Assembly: GCF_963921235.1 (NCBI RefSeq)
Contig: NC_086108.1
Location: 31,994,001 to 32,058,000, forward strand
Source: Mobula hypostoma
Lineage: Eukaryota
Length of the DNA stretch: 64,000 nucleotides
Direction: 5' to 3'
The notes below the pieces were generated by a model that was given only the letters and a program-made list of their open reading frames with translations, was not told the origin of the DNA and ran no database searches. Each line of letters begins with the position of its first letter. Positions within the stretch are counted from its first letter, which is position 1. A program made the translations under genes and the position numbers. Shown in pieces: positions 48,861 through 62,200 of this stretch.

Positions 48861-50319
48861 ATCATTTAGAGCAGGAAAATCCATTTTCTGAACTTGGAAA
48901 CATTTCAGATATCACATTGAGTAACAGCAGAGAAATAAACCATTTACCCCAATAAGTATATGGTAGTAATTTTCTCAGGTTTAACTGAAAATTACTAATA
49001 AATGATTTATTTCAATAACATTACAATCTGCTGCTCCACACACCCCACACCCCCCCCCCCAAATCTGTTTGGTTAATGGCTTAAACTACCAGAGAACTAC
49101 CATCAAAGTGGCTACTACATCCTTTGTGCAAACAAAAACCTCTCCTGTAACCATGGAATCTACATATTGTCCAGTATTTTATGTGAGCAGCATAGAAATC
49201 TGTCAATAATTACACTGCATGAAGAGGAAACGCAAAGATTGAAACCAGTTGAATTATGTTACATGCCAAGAATGTTCCTCTCATTTTTTGAGAAGCCATA
49301 AAAAAAGTTTGCCTTTGTAAAATCTAATCATGGTTACAAAATATGAAACAGACTTAATGACATCTAAGAAACATACTCTTATATTTTGATACATAATCTT
49401 GGAAGTTTTCACCTAGCCTTAAAATTTTCAGTCCTTAAGTGACATTAATCAATCGTAATCAAGAGTGCAAAAGGTTTTCATTGCAAATGCCAACCATTTT
49501 AATTTAAAGCTAATTGCTATATAAACATAAATAAATAAGGACAAATTTAAGAAAAATATATCCAGAAATATCATCCTTAAAAAGATCAATAACTATTGCA
49601 ATTCTAGATAAATAAATTATCCTCTGTATTTACAAAATTTAACTTAAACAATTCAGAGGACCATAACTGATGGAAAAATTACCAAATTAAAACCACTTAA
49701 GAAATGAAAAACATTTACAAATTTACATATTTGGCAAGAGAACAAAGAATTCCTCAGTACCATAAATGCATACATATTGTTTTCATTAGTTTCAGTGTTA
49801 AGATTAAATGCACTGCGATGCAAGTTCTCTTCTCTATTTTCGATATAGTCACTGGGACTTCTTTTTGCACAGCAGATTTGAACTCTTGTTATATTACTCA
49901 TGGGTAGTCTAGGGTCCACAGCACAGTTAAGAAATTTACCTGTTAAACTAACCTATGGATTTGAAGCTACTCCTTAGGTATTCTCCTGTGGGTAACTGGA
50001 GTAAATGGGCACACCTTGAAGTCAATTAAAGTCTAATTACTATTATATCTGAAAGTCTCTCTATACTGCCAGCTGTTTTGGCTCCTTCCTTGGGCAAAGG
50101 CCAGGTTATAGAAAGGTCAGAAAAATCACCAAGATGTGGATAGCTTACTTTCTCTTAGATCATAGAACAATATAGCTCAGGAACAGATCCTTCAGTTTAC
50201 AACATTCCTTTTATGGTTTGTGACTTGTGGGTGTTTTATACACAATGGTGTGCAATGATGTAGGATATATTCCCTTCTTAACAGATCTCCACTCCATCCA
50301 CCAAATGTGGAACTTTTAA

Positions 50320-50860
50320 GTGGCCAAACCTTTAATTCTGATTTCCATTTCCATTACAACACTTTGGTAAATGGACCTCTTCTTGTGCCAAAATAAGGGC
50401 GTCCTTAGGGTGGAGGAGCAACACCTTATACACCATCTGGGCAGCCTGCAGCTTGATGGCATAAATACCGATTTCTCCTTCCAGTAAAAAAAAGTCCCTC
50501 CCTCTCCCTTCTTCTTCAATTCCCACTTCGGCCTCCTACCTCTTCTCACCTGCCTATCACCTCCTACTTTTCTTTCTCCTGTGGTCCACTCTCCTCTCCT
50601 ATCAGATTCCTTCCTCTCCAGCCCTATATCTTTCCTACTCACTTGGCTTCACTTATCACCTTCTAGCTATCCTCCTTACCCTCCCCCAGCTTTTCATTCT
50701 GGCATCTTCCCCTTTCCTTTCCAGTCCTGAGGAGGGGTCTCGGCCTGAAACATTGACTGTTTATTCATTTCCCTAGATGCTGCTGGACTTGCTGAATTCC
50801 TCCATCACTTTGTGTGTGGTGCTCTGAATTTCCAGCATCTGCAAAATTTCTCATGTTTAA
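50320..50860 (+). mobile_element. Penelope-like element 3' fragment (GIY-YIG C-terminus plus pseudo-LTR)
   Basis: Translates as LRVEEQHLIYHLGSLQLDGINTDFS, then a pyrimidine-rich tract and a hammerhead-like motif. Related remnants are at ~3020-3170, ~21010-21250, ~23450 and ~32380-32510. Confidence 0.8.
50722..50759 (+). ncRNA. Minimal type I hammerhead ribozyme motif (Penelope-associated), probably partly decayed
   Basis: cagtc-CTGAGGA-ggggtctcggcct-GAAAC-att-gactg: stem I cagtc/gactg, CUGANGA and GAAA core boxes, short stem II. Confidence 0.7.
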
Positions 50861-52099
50861 GATCTAGTCTATTGACCACGATGAGTTAGAACCATTGCAG
50901 CTGAGCGGCCTTAACAAATGGATTTACAATTTCAATGAAAGAATTTGGAATTAATTATTTACTTCAGAGGCAACAAAAGAAGTGATTTGAAGTTATCCTT
51001 AGAAAATAATGATTGTTTCCATTATACATTGTAATTTGACAAATAAAGTGCACAAATTAAGAACTGTTTAAAGCCAAACGATAGGTTGAACCAAGCTTTA
51101 TACTAATCGTATGGCTACGGCTATGCACAGTAAAATTTCAAAACCACAGATAATGCAAAATTTGGAAATGTCATAGACAGTAAGGACAATAAAAACAGAT
51201 TGTAGGAGGACAGACTGGCCGCCCGAATGAGGCAACATTAGCCAATGTAATTTATGATTGATACAATTTGGCAAAAAGAACAAAGAGACAACAGGCCAGA
51301 ATGCCCTGACAGCTAGCAGGCAGTTCCAAGGAGTTAGCTGCAGTGTACGTGGCAGTGAATCCTGGAAGTCTACAATCATGCATGGCAGTCTGGAAGTTGG
51401 GATTTTGCGAGACATCAGATGCGCAGAAAATTCTTGCACTGTTCTTTAACAGGGGATTCCATTATTTGATTAACTTGAGTGACTGCCAAATATGGTATTG
51501 CCTAATCAATTAATTAGGATTGTCAACCATCATTTGAAAGGTAAACTTAGATAGGTTCTAGATTTACTTCTCTCTATTTCATGGTATATTCATGATTTTA
51601 ATTAATTAATCTCTGATTATCAAATATATTTAGAAACCGTAAAAAGCACCATGTCATCATAAGCTGTCAGGTACCCATTAGGGCAGACCATGAACAAGGC
51701 CACAATATCCACTGTTAGTGGCTCACTATGCCTTGTAGGAGGGTCACAGTGGTATTGTTGGCAAGGTGCTCTGACCTGTACGGCTTCAAAACATTTGTGG
51801 CACAGGGTCCACTCCTGGGTAATTCCTCTCACCTCTTCAATTCGGCTCTTTGACTGATGTCATGATCAAGACCGAGATGAGGTCTAGAACCAGGTGCTCC
51901 TGGTGAAACTGGCACTTGAGCACTGGTGAGCAGATTTTTAATGAGTAAACACTGTTTAAAAACACTATTGATCACTTTACTGGTGACCGAGTAGTTAGAT
52001 CGGGCAGTAATTAGTCAACCGGAATTTGTCCTTGTATTCAGGACATAAGTGAGCAATTTTCCATATTTTTGGTAGGTCTGATTTTATAACTGCATTGTA

Positions 52100-53095
52100 A
52101 GCACAGCTTAAATGCCATATTTAAATTTGCTGATGACACTCTGCCATTGGCCAAATCAAAGGTCTGACGAAATCAGCATATAAGAGGGAGATCGAAAATC
52201 TGGTTGAGTGGTTCACAACAACAATCTCTCACTCAGTGTCAGCAAGACCAAGGAGCGGATTATTGACTTCAGGAGGAGGAAAAAGGAGGTCTGTGAGCCA
52301 GTCCTCATCGGGGGGAAATCAGAGGTAGAGAGGTTCAACAATTTTAAAGTCCTCAGTGTTATTATTTCAGAGGGCCTGTCCTAGGCCCAGCATGTAAGTG
52401 CAATTATGAAGAAAATACAGAAGTGCCTCTGTTTCCTAAGAATTTTGCAAAGATTCAGCATGACATCTAAAACTTTGACTAACTTCCATAGATGTGTGGT
52501 GAAGATTAACTGCTATGGAAACATCAATGCCCGTGAATGGAAAATCCTACAAAAATAGTGGATTTGGCCCAATCCATCAGGCTTACAGACCTCTTACTAC
52601 TGAGCGCATTTACATGAAGTGTTGTTGCAGGAAAGCAGCATCCATCTTCAGGAATACCACCAGTCAGGCCATTCTCTCTTCTTGCTCCTACCATCAGGAA
52701 GAAGGTAAAGGAGCCTCAGGACTCACATCACCAGGTTCAGGAACAGTTACTACCCATCAACCATTAGGCTCTTGAACCAGTGGGATAACTTAACTCACCC
52801 CATCACTGAACTATTCCTACAAACTATGGACTCACTTTCAGGGACTTCATCTCATGTTTTTGATATTTATTACTGACTTATTATTATTACTATGATTATT
52901 TCTTCTTTTTTTCTTTTGTATTCACAGAGTTTGTTTTTTGCACATTGGTTGCTTGACTGTCCTTTTGGGTGCAGTCTTTCATTGATTTTTATCATGGTCC
53001 TTGGATTTACAGTGTATGCCCTCAAGAAAGCAAATCTCAGGGTTGTACAGTATATGACAAATATGTACTTTGATAATAAATTTACTTTGCTTTGA
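52100..53095 (+). mobile_element. Rex1/Babar-type LINE 3' fragment within an older minus-strand LINE remnant (~51620-53270)
   Basis: FKFADDT, NNLSLSVSKTKE, IDFRRRK; tail aataaatttactttgctttgaac. Confidence 0.85.
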
Positions 53096-54619
53096 ACAGG
53101 CACAGCTTGGCCTGAGCAGATGTGGTGGGTACTAATACCACAGGATGCTGTTTGCTCTCATAGCTTTTGCCAAATCCAGTATTCTAACCTTTGCTACATG
53201 AGGTGTGGAGTGAATTAAATTTGGCTCATGACTGTCTTTTGAGATGGTGCAGATCTCACGAGGAAGCTACTGATAATGGACTAAATGGCCTCCTTCTGTG
53301 ATGCAATGGTCCATGAATCTATAATCCTATGCTTTGAATCATCAACATTCATAAAACATAGCAGGAAACACTGCAACAAGAAATTATTAAAAGATATCAT
53401 GCCACTGATCTGCTGAGTAGTTGCAGCACTTTCTGTTTCCATCTCCAATTTCTGGTACTTGCAGATTTTTCACTTTTAGAATATCAGTTGCTCCCTTCTG
53501 TACAGTGTGCAGTTTTCCCCCTGTCTTGCTCATTTTGAAAATATTAATGAAAATAAACATAATTACTGCTATATACTAAATGCAGGAGTTACAAAAGAGC
53601 ATGGGGTTCAACTGATCTGGCTCAATTACATCAGGTTCTTCCCAACCTTGAGCACGGGATATTACTCCAGTGTTATCCAAGACCTCTTTATACTCATTGC
53701 ATTTAAGTCTTTCACTCTTGGCCCCTCCTTTTATAATTCCCTCACATAAAACATGTAAATTCTTTTATTGCCAAGACAGAAAGATTTGTTTAATTACTTT
53801 CCTCAATTTCTAGCACTTTGCCAAACCTCCACCCTAGTTTCTTTCTCATACTAGCACAGAATCCCTTTCTCTTTCTGTTTACTCTCTTGATCTATCATCC
53901 ATACAGCATATCTTCTGCTCATGATTCCTATTTCCATAAAATGAAACCATCCAGCATCCCTTCCTGGCCTCTACGGAGCCGATATTAGAAGTAATTTTCT
54001 CCCTTTTGGCATGCATTACTCATTTCCATAACTGCTGTCAATCCCCCCCCCCCACCCCCCACTGTCCTCACAAACCAGTGCTGCCAAATTCATTCCAGGT
54101 CCATTTACAGCTCCACAACAAATTTCTGCTTCAATCCTCCCCCCCAGATTTCCACATTTCCAATAGCACTGGAGTGGTCCAAAACTGAAGGCATGAAGGC
54201 ATTATCAGCCTTTTGACTGTGCTGCATTAGCTTTTCTGTTTTCCTCCCACTCTTTGTATCTTTCAAGAATTAATCACACCACTCTCTCCTTCTCTCCAAT
54301 TAAGCTGTTAACCAATAATTTGCTTTATCGGCTTCCATATAAACATGTAAATCTCCATGATCTACCTTCTACCAATGCTCCTGACTTGTCTGCTGCTTCC
54401 GTGTTCCGTACTGTCGAACTGCTGGTTTAACTTTCAGATCAACAGTGTAAAAAAGTGTAAAAAAAACTGTGTTAAAAAAAACAAGGCTATTGAGATAGGC
54501 TCTAGGATTGCTCTGGAGGATCCAGATGCACAAGTAAATGCTTCTGTTAATTCAAGTGTTAATGTTATTGCAAGTGTTGCTTCACAATCTGCTCCAACAT
54601 AATGTTGTGGAGAACATAA

Positions 54620-55085
54620 TCCTGGGCAGACCCCAAGATACTGTCTAGATTATAGAGCACGTTTTATAAGGATAGGCTGAGCAGGCTATTACCTTTGGAG
54701 TAAAGGAGGATGAAAGGTGACTTGATAGAGGTGAACATGTTAAGAGACATACTGTAGATCGAATGGTTAGCCAGAGACATTTTCCCAGGGCAGAAATGGA
54801 GAGTATGAGGGGGCCTAATTTTAAGAGACTGGAGAAAATTATAGGAGGATATCAGAAGTAGGCATTTTACATAGAGTGGTAAGCACATGTAACGTGTTGC
54901 CAAGTGGTGTTGGAGACAGATACATTAGGGACATTTGAAAGGCTCTTAGAGAGGCATAAGGATGCAAGAAAAATGAAGGGTTATAGGGGAGGGAAGGGTT
55001 AGATTGATCATGGTGTAGGTTAAAAGGTCAACACAACTTAGTGGGCCAAAGGGCCTGTACTGTGCTGTACTTTCCTATGTTCTAT
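54620..55085 (+). mobile_element. CR1-clade LINE 3' fragment
   Basis: RRMKGDLIEV remnant and tail gggccaaagggcctgtactgtgctgtac. Confidence 0.8.
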
Positions 55086-56059
55086 AATCTTAAGGTTGAT
55101 TAACAATATGTACACCACTGTGGAGAGAAAAAAAATGGAATATTTTATACTAAATTGCATTAATCAATAATTTTTATAATATACAAATTCATCATTACTG
55201 TTAAAGGGCCTCTCTGACCCTGAAGTCAAATTTTACATGTCTAGTCTGTTATTGCCTCAAATGAATGTTTTGAAATTCCATGGATGTTAAATTAATCAAA
55301 ATTTGGTGGAGATGTTTCACCTTCAATCTTCATCCCATGCATATGTCTCAATATTTATTTCATGATCTGCAAATTCTTTCAAAAGTTACTAAAAATAACA
55401 CATTTTACTTCTTGAGGGCTCAGCAATATACTGCTCAGCCTACTTGATGACATCACCAGTACGGGATGCCAGAGGATGGCCAAATCCATTGCCTGAGAGC
55501 AAAAACAATGTCGGTAGAATTGAGACAAATGTCATAGTAAATGTTAGCTTTTTGCATGTATTTTCTCAGTTGTCAATCATTGTTATTGCTTTTAACGTAT
55601 TTGTAAATAGAACTTCTCGCACCAATAAACTCCAGAAAAAGGGGATCTACATCTGAGAAGATCAGGAGTAACTTCCCCTCAGAGAGAATTGTAGCTCTTT
55701 GGAATTCTCTGCTCAAGAAAGTTGAGAAGGAGAGACAGAGAGATACTTAGATTTCAAAGTATCTCAAAAGTAGTGTTGAGGGCAGGATTAGCCATGATCT
55801 TATTGAATGGCAGAGTAAATTTGAGGGGCTAATTACCTTATATGTTCTAATACATAGTGAGACAGAGATTGCATTGCTGTTTTGTGAAACTAGTGCATGC
55901 AATAAGATGAAAGCTAAGCACATCCACATAAATAATTTACAAAATTTGTGTGTGAGACAGTGTTGTAGTCAAAAATATTAGAACATAATATATTTCTGCT
56001 AAAGAGAAAGTTCTAGTTCCAAACTCATTAAATAAAACATTATTTTTTGGCACTCTTAC

Positions 56060-56169
56060 CTTTGTTCTGTATTAAAAAGTGCAAACGCATTTTTGCTGGA
56101 CATAAAGTTTTTCTCCACATCTCGAATTTTCAGGTTATCTAAAGGCAACATATATTTTTTCTCATTTTC
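56060..56169 (-). CDS. DNM3: Dynamin PH-domain exon (110 nt): [36 protein letters not shown](R)
   Basis: Manual translation; acceptor tttgttggcag|GAA and donor AAAG|gtaaga; phase 0 in, phase 2 out; peptide and exon size match the vertebrate dynamin '[14 protein letters not shown]' exon. Paralog assignment is tentative. Confidence 0.95.
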
Positions 56170-56254
56170 CTGCCAACAAAAATTGAGAATTAAAATCACC
56201 AGTTCATATTGTATTAACTGAGCGGATTTGGTAACAACTTACCACTTTAAAATA

Positions 56255-57730
56255 CAGTCCTGTGCAATAGTCTTAAGCACCCTAGGTTTTTCTATAAATT
56301 TTGATTTAGATGTTTACTTTTCTGTCTTCTACATTAGTGTGTCAGCAGAAAAGAGCAAATTTTAGATTTCCAAACATTCATTTTCCAAAAAAAAATGTTA
56401 CAGAGAAATGTTTCTATTTTGTTAAAGAAAGTAACATACTAACTAACAGACCACATTTCAAATAACTTGATTACTTGGTAGGTATACAGCCCTAGCATGA
56501 TTAAACAAAGATAACAAGCAGGATGCTCATGATCAATATGATAACGAGTTGAATGCACTAATCTGATGAATTGAAACAGAAACAGGTGTAAAAGGAATCA
56601 AACTGGGCAGAGGACAACCAAACTAAAAGGTGAGGGTACGGTAGATGTGACAGTTTAACTTTCAAATCATCAATTCTTGCACTATGGCAAGAGTGAGCAT
56701 AGCAACAAGACACAAAATTGTCAATCTGCATCAGAAAAGTCCCTCCTAAGCAGAAATTTCACAGCACACAAGGATTTCATGATGTGCTGTCCAAGGTCTT
56801 CTGAAGAAACACAAAGAAATGGGCAAGGTTGAGGATCAGTATTGCAGTGGTCAGTCACAGAACTGTGTGCAGCAGATGAGAGTTACATCAATAGACAATA
56901 GGTGCAGGAGTAGGCCATTCAGCCCTTCGAGCCAGCACCACCATTCACTGTGATCATGGCTGATCATTCTGACTTCCCTTCTAATTCAAAAGTATCCAGC
57001 ACTGCTATCAGTTCTGAATGCAAAGAAACCACTGCAATCCAAGTACATCCCTCTACAGTCTGGAGAAGTCTTGTCAGAAGTGGAATTCATGGAAGAGTTG
57101 CTGCCAAAAAGCCATTCCTTCAAATTAGAACCAAAGCCAAAAGACTCACACACACACAAAAGCACAAGGACTGGAGTTCTGAACAAAGGCAGTAAGTGCT
57201 GTGGACTGATGAATCAAAATTTGAAACTTTTGCCCCAAACAGGAAGCAGTTTGTTTACAGAAGAGCTGGAGAGTGCCACACAGATGAGTGTCTGCAGCCA
57301 ACAGGGAAGCATGGTGAAGGCTCACTGCAGGTTTGGGGCTGCATTTCTGCCAATGGATCTGGTGATCTGGTCAAAATTAATGAAATCTTAAATGTTGAGA
57401 AATACAAGCCAATTCTCATCCATCAAGCAATACCATCGGGGGGGGGGGGGGGGTCTGATTGGTCCAAACTTTATTCAAGTTCTCCAAGATGCTTGAAACA
57501 ACCTACTAGCTGATTTTATTATAACACTGAATGACAGTGTACCTAAGGGAATTGACGCAGTTTTAAAGGCAAATGGTGGTCACACTACATATTAATTTGG
57601 TTTAGTTTTTTACTGTTTACTGCTCTTTTTCAGTAATTTTTTATATTTAGATACTTTTCATTTCATTATTTTTGAAAGTATCACTTTACAGAATGTTTTT
57701 ACACGTGCCTAAGGCTTTTGCACAGTATTG
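56255..57730 (+). mobile_element. Decayed Tc1 DNA transposon with ~26-bp TIRs
   Basis: TA|cagtcctgtgcaatagtcttaagcac ... gtgcctaaggcttttgcacagtattg|TA; ATG at 56684, GRVAAKKPFL, LWTDESKFE, KHGEGSLQVWGCIS; C-terminal catalytic region deleted; ~75-bp inverted CR1 tail at 56891-56965. Confidence 0.92.
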
Positions 57731-58199
57731 TACACCTGTTGATATATTTGGTTAAATCTGTTATCATTACTTATGGCCAGCATCTATTTATATGCAAAAT
57801 CACAGATTATTTCCCAGGATCAAAATTGTTAGATGTTAGACATTAGAGATAGAAATGTGAGGTCATTCACCTTGCATATATAAAGGAAAGAGTACTTTCT
57901 AAGTGCTAAAATGGTAAAAATATCGGATATGTAAAAATATGAGACAAAGTCATGGAAGAGCTACACAAAGATCTGGCTCCTCTGTGTCTGGAGCATTGCA
58001 AGTAGTTTTGGACACCACACTTCAGGTAAAATATTTAGTCTTAGTTTAGTCAAAACTTACCAGAAAAGATACTCCAAAGATTAAATTGGATGGAAGACTG
58101 ACACAAATTAGAACTGTGTTATATCAAATTTAGAAGCTTAAGGGGTGGTTTGCTTGAAGCTTTGAAGATATTTCAAGGCATACTGGAGAAGAGGCATTT

Positions 58200-59225
58200 A
58201 CAGCCTCACAGAAGATGAAGGTGGACAAATCCTCAGGATCTGATCAAGTGCATCCTTGGATATTGTGGGATGGGGGGAGGGAGAGTTGGGGAGGAAACTG
58301 GAGAGACCCCTGTGGAGGGATCAGCTTCATTCTTAGCCACTGGTGAAGTTCTGGAACGACTGAGTTATTTGATGAGATGACAAAGAAAGGTAAAGAGGGA
58401 AGGATAGTAAATGGAACATGTGATTTATATGGACTTCAGTAAGGCCTTTAATGAGGTTCTATCTGGTAGGCTGCTCTGGAAGGTTAGATCACATGCTATC
58501 CAGCGAGATACGTCTAATTGGAATCACAATCTACTTGATAGCTGAAGGCAGTGGGTGATGGTACAAGATTGTTTCCCAGACTGGAGTGACTAATGGTGTG
58601 GCTCAAGGGTCAGTGCTGTGCCAATTATTGTTTATCATCTATATCAACGACTTGGATAAAAATATACTAGTAAGTTTGCAGTTGATACTAAAATTGGTGG
58701 TATGGTGGAAAATGAAGGCAGTTATCAAAAATTACAAGGGGACCATCATGGATGAAGGAATGTCAAATGGAGTTTAATCTGGATAATTGCATAGTGTTGC
58801 ATTTTGGAAAGTCAAATCCAGGTAGGAAATTCACAGTGAGTGGCAGAACCCTGGGGAGTTTTGTAGAACAGAGTGATCTTGGAGTACAAGGATGTTGTTC
58901 ACTGAAAGTGGAGTCACAGGCAGACAGGGTGGTGAAAAAGAGTCATGGCATGCTGGCCTTCACAAGTCAGGGTACTGAGTGTAAAAGTTAGAACGTTATG
59001 ATGTGGTTGTCCAGACTGCACTTCGTATCGTGTCCAGTTTTGATCGTCCTGCTTTAGTAAAGATGTTATTAAACTAGAAAGAGTGCAGAGAACATTTACA
59101 AACATACCACTAGAACTTGAGGGGCTGAGTTATATGGTGGGGCTGGACAGACTAGGACTTTATCCCTGAGAGCATAGGAGACTGAGAAGTGATCTAATAA
59201 AAATGTATAAAAAAACAAGGACATA
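58200..59225 (+). mobile_element. CR1-clade LINE fragment that resumes at ~62835-62900 after the Rex1 insertion
   Basis: YMDFSKAF, NGVAQGSVLCQLLFIIYINDLD, QMEFNLDNCIVLHFGKSN, LERVQRTFT. Confidence 0.85.
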
Positions 59226-59228
59226 TTT

Positions 59229-62200
59229 TATACTCCGTACTTTATTGTCGCCAAACAATTGGTACTAGAACGTACAATCATCACAGTGATATTTGATTCT
59301 GCGCTTCCCACTCCCTGGATTACAAATATTACATATTAAAAATTAGTAAATATGAAAAATTTACATTATAAATCATAAATAGAAAATAGAAAAATGGAAA
59401 GTAAGGTAGTGTAAAAAAAAAACAAGAGGCAGGTCCGGATATTTGGAGGGTACGGCCCAGATCCGGGTCAGGATCCATTCAGCAGTCTTATCACAGTTGG
59501 AAAGAAGCTGTTCCCAAATCTGGCTGTACGAGTCTTCAAGCTCCTGACCTTCTCCCGGAGGGAAGAGGGACGAAAAGTGTGTTGGCTGGGTGGGTCATGT
59601 CCTTGATTATCCTGGCAGCACTGCTCTGACAGCGTGTGGTGTAAAGTGAGTCCATGGATGGAAGATTGGTTTGTGTGATGTGCTGCGCCGTATTCACAAT
59701 CTTCTGCAGGTTCTTTCGGTCTTGGACAGGACAACTTCCATACCAGGTTGTGATGCACCCTAGAAGAATGCTTTCTACGGTGCATCTATAAAAATTAGTG
59801 AGAGTTTTAGGAGACAGGCCAAATTTCTTTAGTTTTCTCAGGAAGTAAAGGTGCTGTTGGGCCTTCTTGGCAGTGAACTCTGCTTGGTTGGACCAAGTCA
59901 GGTCATTTGTGATATTGACCCTGAGGAACTTAAAGCTTTTGACCTGTTCCACTTGTGCACCACTGGCGTAAATTGGGTCGTGCGGTCCGCTACTCCTTCT
60001 GAAGTCAATAACCAATTCCTTCGTCTTGCTGACGTTGAGGGATAGGTTATTGTCTTCGCACCATGTCACCAGGTTCTTAATTTCCTCTCTGTACTCAAAC
60101 TCAACATTACCCGAGATACGGCCTACAATTGTTGTGTCATCAGCAAACTTATATATTGAGTTTGATGGAAACTTAGCTACACAATCATGGGTGTACAGTG
60201 AGTACAGCAGGGGGCTGAGTACACAACCTTGTGGGGCACCGGTGCTTAGAGTGATTGTAGAGGAGAGCTTGTCCCCTATTTTTACAGCCTGGGTCCTATC
60301 TGTGAGGAAGCTGAAGATCCAGCTACAGATCTGAGTGCTAAGGCACAGGTTTTGGAGCTTAGGAATCAGTTTACTTGGAAGGATGGTATTAAAGGCAGAG
60401 CTGTAGTCAATGAAAAGGAGCCTTACGATTGTGTCTTTATTCTCCAGGTGTTCTAAGGAGGAATGTAGGGCCAGAGAGATGGCATCTACCATTGACCTGT
60501 TGCTCTGGTAGGCAAATTGCAAAGCGTCGAGGTTGACCGATAGACTGTGGTTGATGTGCGCCATAACCAATCTCTCGAAGCACTTCATAGCAATTGATGT
60601 CAGAGCCACAGTTCGATAGTCATTCAGGCATGCCACCTTGCTCTTCTTCGGCACTGGGATTATTGTTGCCTTCTTAAAACACGAGGGGATCTTAGACTGA
60701 AGCAAAGAGCAGTTGAAGATGTCAGTAAGCTCGCTTGCACAGGCCCGGACAGCCCGTCCTGGGACACCATCTGGGCCCATCGCCTTCCTTGGATTTATCT
60801 TCAGGAAGGCCCTTCTAACATCCTCCTCAGTGACGATGAATCTTGACGCCACCAGGTCCAGTTCATCTGGAGGGAGTGGGTGAGTCCTCTTCTGTTCGAA
60901 TCTTGTGAGGAATACATTAAGTTCGTCAGGAAGAGAAGTGCCATAGTTATTGATATTCCCAGCCTTTTCTTTGCGCCCAGTGATCTCATTTAGACCCTGC
61001 CATAGTCTACCGGTATCCCTCTGGTTAGCCTGGGCTTCCAACTTGGCTCGATATCGCCTCTTGGCGCCCTTAATAGCTTTCCGGAGTTCACGCCTGGATT
61101 CCATGTAGCGACTGGTGTCCCCGGACCTAAAAGCTGCAGCCTTAGGCTTTAAAAGGGACTTGACCTCATAATTCATCCAAGGTTTCCAGTTAGGGAATAC
61201 CCAGATCATCTTGCGAGACACACAGTCCTCCGTGCATTTCCAAATAAAGTCCGTGACAGCTGAGGCATACTCATCGAGGTTAGCTGCCAAGTCCTTGAAT
61301 ACTAACAGGTCCACCGATTCAAAGCAGTCACGGAGGACCTCATCCGTTTCCTCCATCCAACGCGACACTACTTTTGATACCGTGACCTCCTGCTTCAGTT
61401 TCTGTTTGTAAGCCAGGAGGAGGAGTACGGCCTGATGGTCCGATTTTCCGAAGTGAGGTCGTGGGACGGAACAGTAGGCATCCTTGACTGCTCTGTAGCA
61501 GTGGTCAAGTATATTCGGGCCTCTAGTGGGGCAGGAGACATGTTGGTATAACTTTGGCTGCATCTTTCTGAGGTTGGCCTGGTTAAGGTCCCCGGCTGTA
61601 ATGAGCAAAGCCTCCGGATACCTGGTCTCAAGTTCACTGATGTTGGCATACAGTATGTTCAGAGCACACTCCACATCCGCCTGGGGGGGAATGTAGACTG
61701 CCGTCAGTATGACCGAGGTGAATTCCCGTGGCAGATAGTAGGGACGACACTTCACCGACAGGTGCTCCAGGTCCGGGCTGCAGGAGCTTGTCAGTGCCAC
61801 TGTGTCCGAGCACCACGCAGTGTTGATCAGTAGGCAGACACCACCTCCCCTCGTCTTGCCCAAAGACGCCATGTGGTCCATCCGATGGATCAAAAATCCC
61901 TCCGGTCGGATGGCACAGTCGGGGGTGGCAGGGGAGAGCCAGGTCTCGGTGAAACAGAATACTCAGCAGTTCTGCATCTCCCTGCAGTAGGTGAGTCTCC
62001 CTTTAAGATCATCCACCTTGTTCTCTATGGCTTGCACATTAGCTAGTAGGATGGTGGGCATAGGGACCCTGAAGCCCCTTAGCTTCAATCTGACCAGCAG
62101 CCCAGCTCTTTTCCCACGCTTCCTTGGTAAATAGTGCATCTTTCCAGGTTTCCATCAATGCAGTGTGTTGTTGTCAGCTCTTTGAGGTAGGTGGACGCAT

